This document shows, in pieces, positions 1 through 10,976 of a DNA stretch of 64,000 nucleotides; within the stretch, counting starts at the first letter, position 1; each line of letters opens with the position of its first letter. The DNA is from the human T2T-CHM13v2.0 reference genome, Homo sapiens, in NCBI RefSeq assembly GCF_009914755.1, contig NC_060932.1; one strand, written 5' to 3'. The notes under the pieces are model-generated. The model was not told the origin of the DNA, ran no database searches, and saw nothing but the letters and a program-made list of their open reading frames with translations. The position numbers and the translations under genes were made by a program.

Positions 1-867
1 ACATTGATGGAGACGCCCCGCACCACCATCTATGACCCTTACTTGCCGCTCCCACTGTCCCCTGGAATGGGTTTGGGTTGTTGGAATGCACCCTGCTGTA
101 CCCTGCCCCCTCCTTCCTCCAGGCATTCACCCTTGCTGTTTTCTCCACCAGGAACAGCCTTCTTTCTCTTCTTTGAGAATTCCTACTGATTCTCAAGTCC
201 CAGCTTGGATACCATTGGGGGCCATGGTGTCTCTGGCCAGTGGCTGGGTAGGCTCTGTGTCCCGCGGGACCCTGAGGGGACTCCCTGACGTAGCACTTGC
301 GTGCTTCTCTCTGACTGCTGGTGTCTGTCTCCTGCCAGGCGGTGTGTGCCCTGGGACAGCTGCCTCTCCTTCTGCTCAGTATCCACAGGAATAGTAGCAC
401 CGACACCACCATTGTCAGCTCCCCAAGGCAGCTAGCCACATGCCTGGCGCTCTGTATGGGTTTTGGAGCTCCTCCTTTCTACTGAGGGCCACCATTTGGT
501 GACCTCAGAATGCATAATTTTCAGTGAAGGAATGGACAAAGGCACGAGAAACTTGCAAAAGTTGCCAGGTAGTGGGAGCGACTGCTCTAGATGGCCCCTC
601 TACCCCAGCCTCAATCTCAGCACGGCTGCTATCAGCATCCCAGGGCTGGAGCTTTGGGCAGGGGTCTTTTCAAGAGGGGGACCCCAAGAGGAGTGGCTCC
701 GCAGGAGACTGGGCAAGTCAGCCTTGGGATGGAGCTGTGCAGGGAGCCAGGAGCCAGCCAATGGAGGTGGTCCCTGGGCAGGACATGGAAAGACCCCACC
801 ACCATGCCAGGGTTGAAATGTTTTTGACGTGCCTGATATGGCCAAGAAATTAGGACGTGCTGTCAGC

Positions 868-940
868 TGGATGGACTGGATTGGGGTGGGCTGGATGGGG
901 TGGGCTGGATTGGGATGGGCTGGATTGGGGTGGGCTGGGC
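868..940. repeat. (GGGCT/GGATT/GGATG)n pentameric low-complexity repeat
   Basis: Run ggatggactggattggggtgggctggatggggtgggctggattgggatgggctgg... seen directly. Confidence 0.8.
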
Positions 941-1250
941 CCAGCAAAGCACCTGAGCTTGGGCTCCCAAGATACTTTCAGGGCATCTGCAAGTTCAAAA
1001 TTGTTTCAGCAAGAATACTCAGATGTTGGTGTCTCTTGCTGTTTTCCCCGATGGTGCAAAAGCAATGACCAGTATTGCTGCGGATCTGCAAGCACCGATC
1101 TCCGCAGTGGTCCCAATGCTGCTTGAAGGCGGGCGTGGGTTCTGCCGTGCCACACGCTTGCAAAACTCCCAAGCCCCAAAACAGTCAGTTTCACCTAGGA
1201 CTGTCTTTGATGAAGCACAGAAAATACTTTTTATTAAATCATGACCTTGA

Positions 1251-1525
1251 GGCTGGGCGTGGTGGCTCACGCCTGTAATCCCAGCACTTTGGGAGGCCAA
1301 GGCGGGAGGATCACTTGAGGCCAGGAGTTTGAGACCAGCTTGGCCAACGTGGTGAAACCCCATCTGTGCTAAAAATCCATCCAAAAATTAGCCGGGTATG
1401 GTTGGGCGCCTGTAGTCCCAGCTACTCAGGAGACTGAGGCATGAGAATCACTTCAACCCAGGAGGCAGAGGTTGTGGTGAGTTGAGATCACGCTACTGCA
1501 CTCCAGCATGGGCAACAGAGTGAAA
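1251..1525 (+). mobile_element. Alu (AluS/J-type), both arms, poly(A) tail absent
   Basis: Starts ggctgggcgtggtggctcacgcctgtaatcccagcactttgggagg; A-rich linker near 1371-1390; ends gggcaacagagtgaaa with no A-tail. Confidence 0.95.
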
Positions 1526-1790
1526 TGCATTCTTCTCCCTGGGACGCTGTCTTCTCCTCTGGAACATGGGATGGTTGTAACTTCTTCACAGGTGTCCTCT
1601 GAAGACCGAAGAGTGTTTGTAAAGTGCCTGGCATTTGTAGAGGTTCTAAACCTGGCACCAGTTATTGCTGGGAATGATCATTTTCCTGCAAACCTAATGA
1701 AATATGTCCCAATGTGTCTGTTTTTGAGAGGGGGAAACTGAGGTTTGGGGGAACTGATCTGTCCAGGGTTACCTAGCAAGGAAGGATTCC
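1526..1790. mobile_element. Degenerate MIR fragments
   Basis: MIR-like cores tgtaaagtgcctggca and ggggaaactgagg. Confidence 0.5.
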
Positions 1791-2799
1791 AGCTGGGCTG
1801 TTTTACCCTCTAGGGCTGCCTGGCACCCCTCCTCCCACTGGTCCTCCTCAGACCCCACCACAGGGTCCTCCCACCCAGGTGGCTATACCCCCACCCTGGC
1901 CTGCAGCTCAGGCCTTGGCAGAGCCAGTTTCTCAGGGCAACCCCCTATCTGGAGCTGGCTTCCTGGCCGTTGTCATGGGAACTGCTTCCTTGTTGCCAAA
2001 TGCTGCTGACCGGGGAAACTGAGTTGGACGGATGGGATGATGGGACGGATGGAGGGAGGACCGGAGCTGGGTGGGCAGGAAGGAAGAGCCAGGAGGGGAG
2101 ACAGCTTCTGGGTGGGCCTGGATAGGCAGCACAAGGGGGAGGGGGAAGGTCATCTCTGTCCCATCAATGGGCATGCAGTGGGCACTCGGAGTGAGTCTCT
2201 TCAGGGTGCCAGGCAGGAGTGGGTGACCAGAGGGACTGGGGAGGAGGGCGCAGTCAGGGCTTGAGGCAGGCCGCATGGCGGCCTGTAGGTGGGAAACGCT
2301 CCCTCTTTTCCTGAGTGAGGGGCTTGACAGTGACTGCCCCCAAGCCTGTGCCTGGAGAACTCCATGGACCCCGGACTCCCTGCAACTTTGGCCGAACTGG
2401 GGAGTCTGGGGCTGCTCTCCATAGCCCCGTGGCTGGCCTGACCCCACACTCCTGGGGGATGGGGCTCCTCCTCCTCCCGCTCCCCGACTCAGGCCTGGAC
2501 ACTTGGGGGGGTCTGTGAGGCTGTGGAGTGGAGGCCAGCCAGCCCAGGACACGGGCCCAAGGCAGCCTGTGTGGGTCCAGGGTTCCCGGCCCAGCCCGTC
2601 CCTTGACTCGGAGAGTGACCTTGGAGCTTCGCTGCTGTCTCAGCATGGCCTCCATCTCCTGGGCTTTCAGGCTGTGTTTGGGCCTGAAATCTAGCTTCGG
2701 GACCAGTGCCTCTCTTCCCCTGCTGGGATGGGACAGGGCTGGCTGGTCCCTGGATACTGGAGCTGCAGAAACATTTGCTCTCAGAAGCAGAACATGCTG

Positions 2800-2905
2800 C
2801 ACAAAAATAGCAGCCTGGTGACGGATCCGCCTGCCGGGAACATATGCTGCCTCGGGTGGGGGCGGCGGGCGGTGGGGAGGGGCGGGGAGGGGCGGGGGCC
2901 TCTCT
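2800..2905 (+). promoter_or_regulatory. Small CpG/GC-box patch (SP/KLF sites, G-quadruplex capable)
   Basis: ggggcggcgggcggtggggaggggcggggaggggcgggggcc contains two GGGGCGGGG boxes and more than four G-tracts; function is inferred only. Confidence 0.35.
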
Positions 2906-5093
2906 GCTGGAGGCATGGGTGCGCTGGGGTCCCTGTCGTTGGCTCTGGGTGGAGAGGGCCAGGCCAAGCTGCTGCCCGAGGCTCTCCTGGGTGCCAGGTG
3001 CTGCCTGTCTGTCCTCAGGGTCGCTCTGAAAGGACCTGCCAGGCAGGTGCTCTTGTCCCTCCCCAGATAAGGACGCCCAGGGAGAGAGGCCTCAGGACTG
3101 CCCGGTCACACAGAGGAGGGGCAGAGCCAGGGCTGGCCTGCCTGGCACCAAGGGAGGGGCCCTGCCTTTGGCACGGGTGGGACAGATTCACCCCCTCATG
3201 CATTCGCTCATTCATCAGTTACTGTGCTGGGTGTGAATTCTCATCTCACTTCCCTCACTGCGGACCCCTGGTGTCTTACCTGGGCCCTGTGGAGCTCTGC
3301 ATCCTCAAGCGGAGAGTGGATGTCTCGCCACGAGCCCTGCTGGCCGCACAGGAATGGCACCCTTAGCCTAGTCCCCCATTCCCGCAGGCTGCCTGGAAAG
3401 GGGCCGGCGAGGCCTCTCCCCCTCCACCCCCCGTTCTGCCTCACTGGCATGGTGGCATGGACTCGGAGCCGGGCTGCTGGGTCTGCTTCTGGCCCCTGTA
3501 ATGGATCTCTCTGTGTGCCGTCCATGTCCTCAGCTGTGAGATGGAGGAGTAGTCACCCCACCTTAGTGAGTAGTTGGGATAATCCAACTGGGCCATGGAT
3601 CTGGAGCCTGAGAACAGGTGGGCTGTTATGACTGTCAGGATCCATCAGCTCCGGGGCACCCACTCAGGGCTGGGCCCAGTTCTGGGGTCCAGAGACTCAG
3701 AGTTGAGTTACCTTTGTCAGGCTTTGTCCCCAGGATCTCAGGTCCAGCTGGGGGCCCGACAAGTGAAGGGACATTGGCCGTGCAGTGTGACCAGCCACGG
3801 GGCAGGTGAGGTGGACAGCTCCATGGGGGTGTCCTGCGCAGCCACCTGCCTCCCGCCTGGGCGGGATCCTGGCCCTGGGCTGCTCTCCTCTGGCCGTCCC
3901 TGTCCCTGGGCAGCTTGGAGGGGAGGCCACGCAGCCCGCACGCCCTTCCCAGCTACCCGGGGCGGGGGCCTGTGAGCACCATGGGCCGGGATCCAGCCTC
4001 CACCTGGGCTGGCCTGGGCGGTGCAGGGCTGGGGTGCGCAGGGCTGGGGTGTTCAGTGGTGAGAATCTGTGATGGTCTGAGCAGGGCTGGAGACCTTCCT
4101 GGGTTGGTGGGGGTGCTGTAGTGGGTCCCACACCCTCCCCTGCTTCCTGGGTCTCCCTGGGAGTCTGGGAAGTCCTTCTTCCAGTCTATCCCGGCTTCCA
4201 CCCACCGCAGCTCCAATCAGCCTCCCCTCTGGAGCCTGATTAGGACAGTCAGTTGGAGGGAAGCTGTAGGAGAGGCATCGCCCGGCTGGGAGGGAGGGTG
4301 ACATGTGGGCTCCCGTCAAACGCGTCCTCCTCGTGCCCGCGGCTGGGCTGTTGAAGAGCAGTTGGGAGCTGGCGTACAGGGTGGAGAGCAGAGCAGCTTC
4401 TGTGGGAGAAGGGGCTCTTCTCTGGGCAATAGAGAGACACGGCTCTGCCACCTCCTCATCCAGAGTGGGGCTGAGGGGAGAATGAGAGGGTCACTTTTTC
4501 CCTGCAGAGGAGGCTGTCGGGCAGACAGGGAACTGGCCTCCACCGTCTTTGTCATCATGACGAAGGCCACCCAACCTCCTGCGTCCTCTCCCCATCAGCC
4601 CTGCCCTCCCCCTGGGCTGGGTCATGGTCCTGACCTGTGGGCTCAGGTGGCTTCAGATTGTCTCCCTTCCTGGGCATCTCCCAGCCTGGCTTTTGGTGCC
4701 CCCAGAAGCCATTTGGAAACAGGATTTCCACATAGGAGGTCAAGTCTTGGAAGCCTGTCAGGCAGAGGGGGTACAGGAGTCACTGAGTTTAGGCTCAGAG
4801 TGTCCTCGGATGGATGGGGTGGGAGACACTGTGATCAGCAGGCTGCCCAATTGTAGGGTTGTGGATGGGCCCAGCACGGCCCTCACCATGGCAGATCCAA
4901 GAAGGCCCAGCAGGTCAGAGCCTGGCGGGGGCATCTCACAGATGGGGAAACTGAGGCCAGGCGGGGAGAGGTGTCATGTCCAAAGTTGCTGCTTAGGTAC
5001 AGGTGGCTCTGTGTGGGAGTGGCAGGGAGGAGCTGGGTGGATCTCAGCCCCAGTCCAGGGAGCAGGGCACTTCCCAGAGCTCCTTGACTGCTT

Positions 5094-5262
5094 CTGCCTC
5101 CTCCATTGCACCCCACGGGGGCGTTTCCCTTAGTCTCTGCCTCCCCCATCGCACCCCACAGGAGGGTTTCCCTCACTCTCTGCCTCCCCCATCGCAACCC
5201 ACAGGAGGGTTTCCCTCACTCTGCCTCCTCCATCACACCCCCATGGGAGTGTTTCCCTCACT
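5094..5262. repeat. ~42-bp tandem repeat, ~4 copies
   Basis: Unit about ctgcctcccccatcgcaccccacaggagggtttccctcactct. Confidence 0.85.
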
Positions 5263-5287
5263 GGTTCTGTTGGTGGCGGTGGCAGCA

Positions 5288-5307
5288 ATCCGAGTCACAT
5301 GGCACCA
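5288..5307 (-). other. Putative tRNA-His primer-binding site directly after the LTR
   Basis: Minus strand reads tggtgccatgtgactcggat(t); the complement of the tRNA-His 3' end is TGGTGCCGTGACTCGGATT, so there is a 2-nt insertion; it lies a few nt past the LTR end. Confidence 0.65.
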
Positions 5308-5312
5308 GAGTA

Positions 5313-5782
5313 TGTCACGGGTGGCGGATCTGAATGGGGCTGCAGAGCCTCACACTTCCAGTGTCTTGCAGCCCTTCCGCCCTGATGCTTCCCTTGGGAT
5401 GTGCTGTCCGCACGCGCATGCTTGAACCCAGTCGCCCAGCTCCTGAGTTTTTTTTTTTTTTTATACTTTAAGTTTTACACTGTTGGTGGGACCGTAAACT
5501 AGTTCAAACATTGTGGAAGTCAGTGTGGCGATTCCTCAGGGATCTAGAACTAGAAATACCATTTGACCCAGCTCCTGAGATCTTATCGGGAAGCAGCGGA
5601 TCACGTTTCAGGTGTTTCCTATCTGTTGGGAGATGGCCTTTCCCTGGCGCCGGCTGTGGCCAATTATTACTTTAGAGAGACAATTAACGACCGCCTGACC
5701 ATCAGCCGAGGGTTGGCTGACACTTCTGTGTGTGGGGTCCCTCTCCTGCCCTGCCCTACCCGATTAGCTACCCACTGGGACA
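5313..5782 (-). mobile_element. ERV1 LTR, MER50-like, internally deleted and interrupted by an L1 fragment
   Basis: Minus strand TG...CA: tgtcccagtgggtagctaatc...gatggtcaggcggtcgttaattgtctctctaaagtaataattggcc...cttcccgataagatctcaggag...gtgaca, matching the recalled MER50 consensus. Confidence 0.75.
5448..5566 (-). mobile_element. Young L1PA fragment, 5'-inverted (twin-primed), 13-bp TSD
   Basis: Poly-T plus atactttaagtttta (L1 3' terminus, minus) joined to plus-strand L1 ORF2-end sequence acactgttggtgggaccgtaaactagttcaa...gaaataccatttgacccagc; TSD cccagctcctgag at 5435-5447 and 5567-5579. Confidence 0.92.
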
Positions 5783-6599
5783 GTTCCTGGGCTGTCTCCC
5801 CGCTGACTCGGTTTCCCAGGAAAGGGTTCTGTGTGATGTTTTCAAACCATGCCCCCGTCCAAGGCCCCTGGCGCAGAGCAGGTGATAGTCAAACAGTGAC
5901 TGAATGGCCGCTGGTGCGGCTATGTCATGAAGGGCGCAGGGCCAGCTGAGGACTTGGGAGCTGCAGGTTGGTGTGTACACCGTGCCCTACCCCAAGGCCC
6001 CTGCAAGCATTGCTCATCAACCACAGCACCGCTTCTCCGGCCCAGGTGCAGGGAGCTTCTCAGTCACCCTCCACGTGGTGCTCCAGGGGGCCTCTCCCCG
6101 AGAAGCTTCCTCACACAGTCCTTGGCTGGGGCAGCGGGAGCTGAAGGTGGCGGGACAGGGAGAGACATGGTTGTGTGGGAGCTGTAGGAATGACTGATCT
6201 TGGCTGGATTGAGGGCTTCCTGTGCAAGGGCCTCGGCGGTGGGGAGGTGTGGGTCAGCAGGGAGAGCTGGCATGGTTGGGGGTTGGGACAGCTTCCCTGA
6301 GGAGGCTGGGCTCGGGCTGTGCCCAGCAGAAGAGGTCAGGACCCTCCTGTGTCTGAGAAAACTGTGTGTGAGAGCCCTGAGCGGGGAAGCTGGGGAGCCT
6401 CACATGCGCTGGCCTCCTCCCATGATCCAGGCACAGAAAAGGGGTCCCCACTCATCATCTTGGTCACTGATAGCCTTTCTAGGCAGGCAGCCTCCACCCC
6501 CTGCTTTGGATGAGGAGAGAGAGGGTCAGGGCTGTGATGACTACCTGAGGTCACCCAGCTTGCGGTGAAGTGCAGAGAGGGCTGTGAACCCTGGTTCCC

Positions 6600-6820
6600 C
6601 CTCACCCACATGCACACTATGCACACCAGCACACACGGACTCTTGCACATGCAAATGCGAAGACACACACACACTCTCAGACACATGTGCACACACAGTG
6701 CAATACATGCACACACACACACAGGCACGTGTCCGCACATAGCCACACCCACTCAGACACATGCACACACAGGCAGCACACACAAATGTGTCCATGTGCA
6801 CACTTCCACACACACACGAG
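6600..6820. repeat. CA-rich low-complexity tract
   Basis: Imperfect (CA)n with catg interruptions. Confidence 0.85.
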
Positions 6821-7252
6821 ATCCATGGTGCCCCCAGGACCCGTCCCCGGCATGCTCTCTCGCTCACTGGTCTCACTGAGGGTGACATCTGGGTCAGGAG
6901 CTCCCTGGGGGACCTTCTCACTGTCTCCGTGGCCCTGGCTCACAGGGTAGCTGGGTCTTTGTTGGTGTCCACAGGGAGCATGGACAGGCCCCTCCAGGTC
7001 AGGATGGAGCAGGAAGCACCCTGGTTTGTCCCTGTGTCTCCGTGTCCAGTCCTGCCCGGGGACTGGCCCTGCTTCCTGCCAGTCTCAGCCCTCATCTGGG
7101 CCAGCAGGCCCTGCCTCATTACCCACTAACACCCTGTGGCCTGGAGCAGAGACGCCCAGGTCCTTGTCGGCTGAGAACGAGGCTGGGGCCTCCACTCCCA
7201 GCCCCTGAGTCTCCTCCGGGTCTCCTTTTTCTTTGCAAGCTGGGGAGAGCAC

Positions 7253-7613
7253 CTGAGTTAGTTCCCGGGGCTGTGGTACAAAGCACCACAGGCTGGGTGG
7301 CCGAGACAACACAGATGGGTCCCCACAGTCCTGGAGGTGGGACCCCAGATCAAGGTGTCCCTCCTGGGGGGACCTGCAGATGCCACCTTCTCCCTGCTTC
7401 CTCATGTGGTCGTCCTTCTGAGTGTGCCTGTGTCCCCATCGCCTCTTCTTATAAGGACACCAGACATCCTGGATCAGGGTCCACCCCAGTGACTTCAGCT
7501 TACCTTCACTGCCTATTTAAAGACCCTATCTCCCAATATGGTCCCATTCTGAGGTCCTGGGGGGCAGGACTTGCACAGAGAAATTTCTGGGGCACTTGAT
7601 TGAGTTCATAAAC
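7253..7613 (-). mobile_element. MaLR LTR, MLT1B/C-like
   Basis: tcttataaggacacca...ggatcagggtccacccc...aaagaccctatctcccaatatggtcccattctgaggtcctgggg is the reverse complement of the MLT1 5' part. Confidence 0.8.
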
Positions 7614-7739
7614 CCCTCCTCCTCCAGGTTTGCGGAACTGCCTGCTCCACTTCCCAGCAGCCGGGCAGAGACTCTTGTGGTTTAGTGTCATTTCCTTTAG
7701 TTCTCTCCATTGCCGCAGGATCCAATCTACACAACCCTG

Positions 7740-7959
7740 TCCACACGCACATGCTTCACACACACACCACACCACACAGACACACACACCACACACACAC
7801 CACACACACACCACACACACACCACAGACACACACCACACACACCACACACACACACCACACCACACAGACACACACAACACACACACACCACACAGACA
7901 CACACCACACACACCACACAGACACACACCACACACACCACACACACACCACAGACACA

Positions 7960-7992
<33 letters not shown>

Positions 7993-8795
7993 CACACCAC
8001 ACACACACACCACACACACACCACAGACACACACCACACACACCACACACACACACCACACCACACAGACACACACACCACACACACACCACACAGACAC
8101 ACACCACACACACACCACACAGACACACACCACACACACACACCACACCACACATGCACATACACCACACACACACACCACACAGACACACACCACACAC
8201 ACCACACAGACACACATGCACACACACCACACACACACCACACAGACACACACACCACACACCACACAGACACACACACCACCCACCACACAGACACACA
8301 CACACCACACACCACACAGACACACCACACACCACACAGACACACACTACACACACACCACACAGACACACCACACACCACACAGACACACACTACACAC
8401 ACACCACACAGACACACACACCACACATCACACAGACACACACACCACACACCACACAGACACACACACACACACCACACACCACACAGACACACCACAC
8501 ACCACACAGACACACACACACCACACACCACACAGACACACACTACACACACACCACACATGCACACACACCACACACACACCACACAGACACACACACA
8601 CCACACAGACACACACACCACACAGACACAAACCACGTGGACATAAATCAGACATAACCTACACACATCACACACACCCCACACTCACACCACACACACA
8701 CCACACTCACACCACACACACACCACACTCACACCACACACACACCACATGCACACACACACACCACATGCACACACAGCACACACACACACTTG
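7740..8795. repeat. ~1.05-kb complex CA-rich satellite (CACCA/CACACAGA modules)
   Basis: Near-continuous cacacaccacacaccacacagaca pattern, degenerate to ~8960; source of the His/Thr and Cys/Val ORFs. Confidence 0.97.
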
Positions 8796-9489
8796 CAAAC
8801 TCCATGTCCGTTGTGTGTTCCTGTCATACCCAGTGCTCCACATGCACAGCCCAGGAAGCACGCAGACCTTTCACATGCTGGGCACACGTGTTACACAGAC
8901 ACATACATTGTACAGAAGCCGTGGCTCTCCTTCACATGTGCACAGCACACATGTGTGCAGGCGGAGCAAGGCCAGGTCCTGCATTCTCTACACCAGGGCT
9001 CTCAGGCTCCAGAGGTCACTGGGATTGCCTGGGGTCTGATTCACTATGCCTGGGTGGGGCCAGCCAGGTGCGTCCGTGAGCAGGCACCCGTGGCTGCCAC
9101 ACAAAGTCCCTGAGGACACGCCAGGCCTGGCCTCTCAGCTGCATGCCTTCTTCCTGCATGGAGCTCATGAAAGACAAAGGCCTTCCTGGCGATGGGGCAG
9201 TATCAGGGACCCCACTCCTGCAGCCTCTTCCTCCCGGGCTTCCCCTCTGCCCTCCTGTCCCACCCAGGACAGCCTGGACCCAGGAGGACTCCCACCTGCT
9301 GGAGGCTGGAGGTGGGCAGGCAGCCCCAGGAGGAACCAGCCCCACACAGGACCAGCCGACTGCATGAAGGACGCTTCTCATCCCACCACTTCATTTTTAA
9401 TCAACCAGCCCCATGCTGGCTGGGATGCCCCTCTGGGGGCAGAAGTCTGCGGTGCCCTTTCAGAAGCCAGCACATTTGGGAGGAACTGG

Positions 9490-10050
9490 AATCTGTCACT
9501 GGGCACTGACATTGTTCACTGCTGGAGGCCAAGCTGCCGAAAATGTAAATTTCTAATTAAAATAGAAATTAATCCTCTCTCCCAACTACCTGCTATCTCC
9601 AGCTGGATGAGCAAAAGTTTTATGCTGCTAATTAATGTTATCACCCGGAAGCTTTATTTACATAAGCAGATAGAATTCACACAGCTTTGCAGGAGCTGAT
9701 GGAGAAAGTAAAAAAAAAAAAATTCAGTTAAAAAAATTAATTACCTTGATCCTTCGTCTTGTATTCTAATCACACACTGGCAGGAGTCCCTCTTTGGCTT
9801 TCCCTAAAATCCACCATTGGTGCTTTCTTTGATGAACTGGGCACTTGTTCCAAACGCAGAGAGAAAAAGTTGAAAATTGCCACAAGCGGCTCAGAGAAAG
9901 GAAGAGCAGTCGCTGGCACATGGAAGGCCCAATGGGTGGGGAAATTATTTACCGTTCCTGGCATCGGATGTTTTTGTTACCCAGCTAAGCAGATTTTAAA
10001 TTTCAAATTAAGATCTTGAAAAGTTCCTGGCAGATTAATAAATCACACTA
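9490..10050. promoter_or_regulatory. AT-rich, non-repeat island; candidate conserved developmental enhancer
   Basis: CTGTCA 9493, CTAATTAA 9553 and 9628, TTTTATG 9618, TATTTAC ~9655, AATTAATTA ~9736, ATAAATCA (TGATTTAT) 10038, all in a GC-rich background. Confidence 0.5.
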
Positions 10051-10445
10051 ACTGCTCTGTGTTCTGCAGGTCTTTCAGGGAGGTTTGAGAATGGGGACGC
10101 TTCTGCCACTTCCCTGGAGGGTCCACACCTTCCCGTCCTCCAAGGGGAGGAGCCCCCGAGACAAGTGGAGGCTGGAGGCCCTGGCCCCTTGCTGGAGGTC
10201 TCTTTCCTTCAGGCTGTGGGTGGGGACCCAGTCAGCCTGACTCTCTGTCTGCTCCCATGAAATGAAAACTCAGACGTTCAAGTTGGCTGCTGGGTGCCTG
10301 GGTGACGCTGGCCCAAGGTGCTGAGAGCTATGCTCCTGAGGAGGGAGTGGTGGAGTGGGGCCATTATTCAATCAGCAGACGTACTGTGGGGGTCCCCCCA
10401 TGTGGCTGTCTTGTGCTTGCCCCCGAGCGATGTAGACAAGCTCTC

Positions 10446-10976
10446 TATTTCGGGTTGAATTGTGGCCTCCCCAAAATACGTGTTGAAGTCCTAACCCCAG
10501 TACCTGTGAATGTGAACTTATCTGGAAAGACGGTCTTTGCAGATGTCATCAAGTTCAGATGAGGCCATACTGGAGTAGGGTGGGTCCGAATCCAACGTGA
10601 CTGGTGTCCTTATGAGAAGAGGGGAATTTAGACACAGAGAGAGGGGAGGATGCCGCCTGAAGACAGTGACACGGAGGCACCAGGAGAAGGCGGCATGATG
10701 ACGGGGGCAGAGGTCAGAGCGATGCGTCCCCCAGCCAAGGAACACCAGGCACTGGCCATCCCAAAAGCTGGGAGGGAGGCCTGGAACTGACCACCCCCAA
10801 AGCTGAGAGGGAGGCCTGGCGCAGCTCCCCCTTCACAGCCTCCAGAAGGTGCCAGCCCTGCCAACACTTTGATCTTGGACTTCAGGCCTCCACAACAGGG
10901 AGCGAAACAACCTCTGATTGTTTCAAGCTGCGCAGTGCATGGGAATTTGCTACGACAGCCTGGGAGGCCAATTCAC
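10446..10976 (+). mobile_element. MaLR LTR, MLT1B/C-like
   Basis: gggttgaattgtggcctccccaaaatacgtgttgaagtcctaaccccagtacctgtgaatgtg...ttgatcttggacttcaggcctcca. Confidence 0.85.

Noticed and set aside
7506-9079. His/Thr-rich and Cys/Val-rich ORFs of 200-460 aa
   Set aside because: Direct translations of the CA/TG satellite, open in several frames on both strands, with no domain or splice structure.
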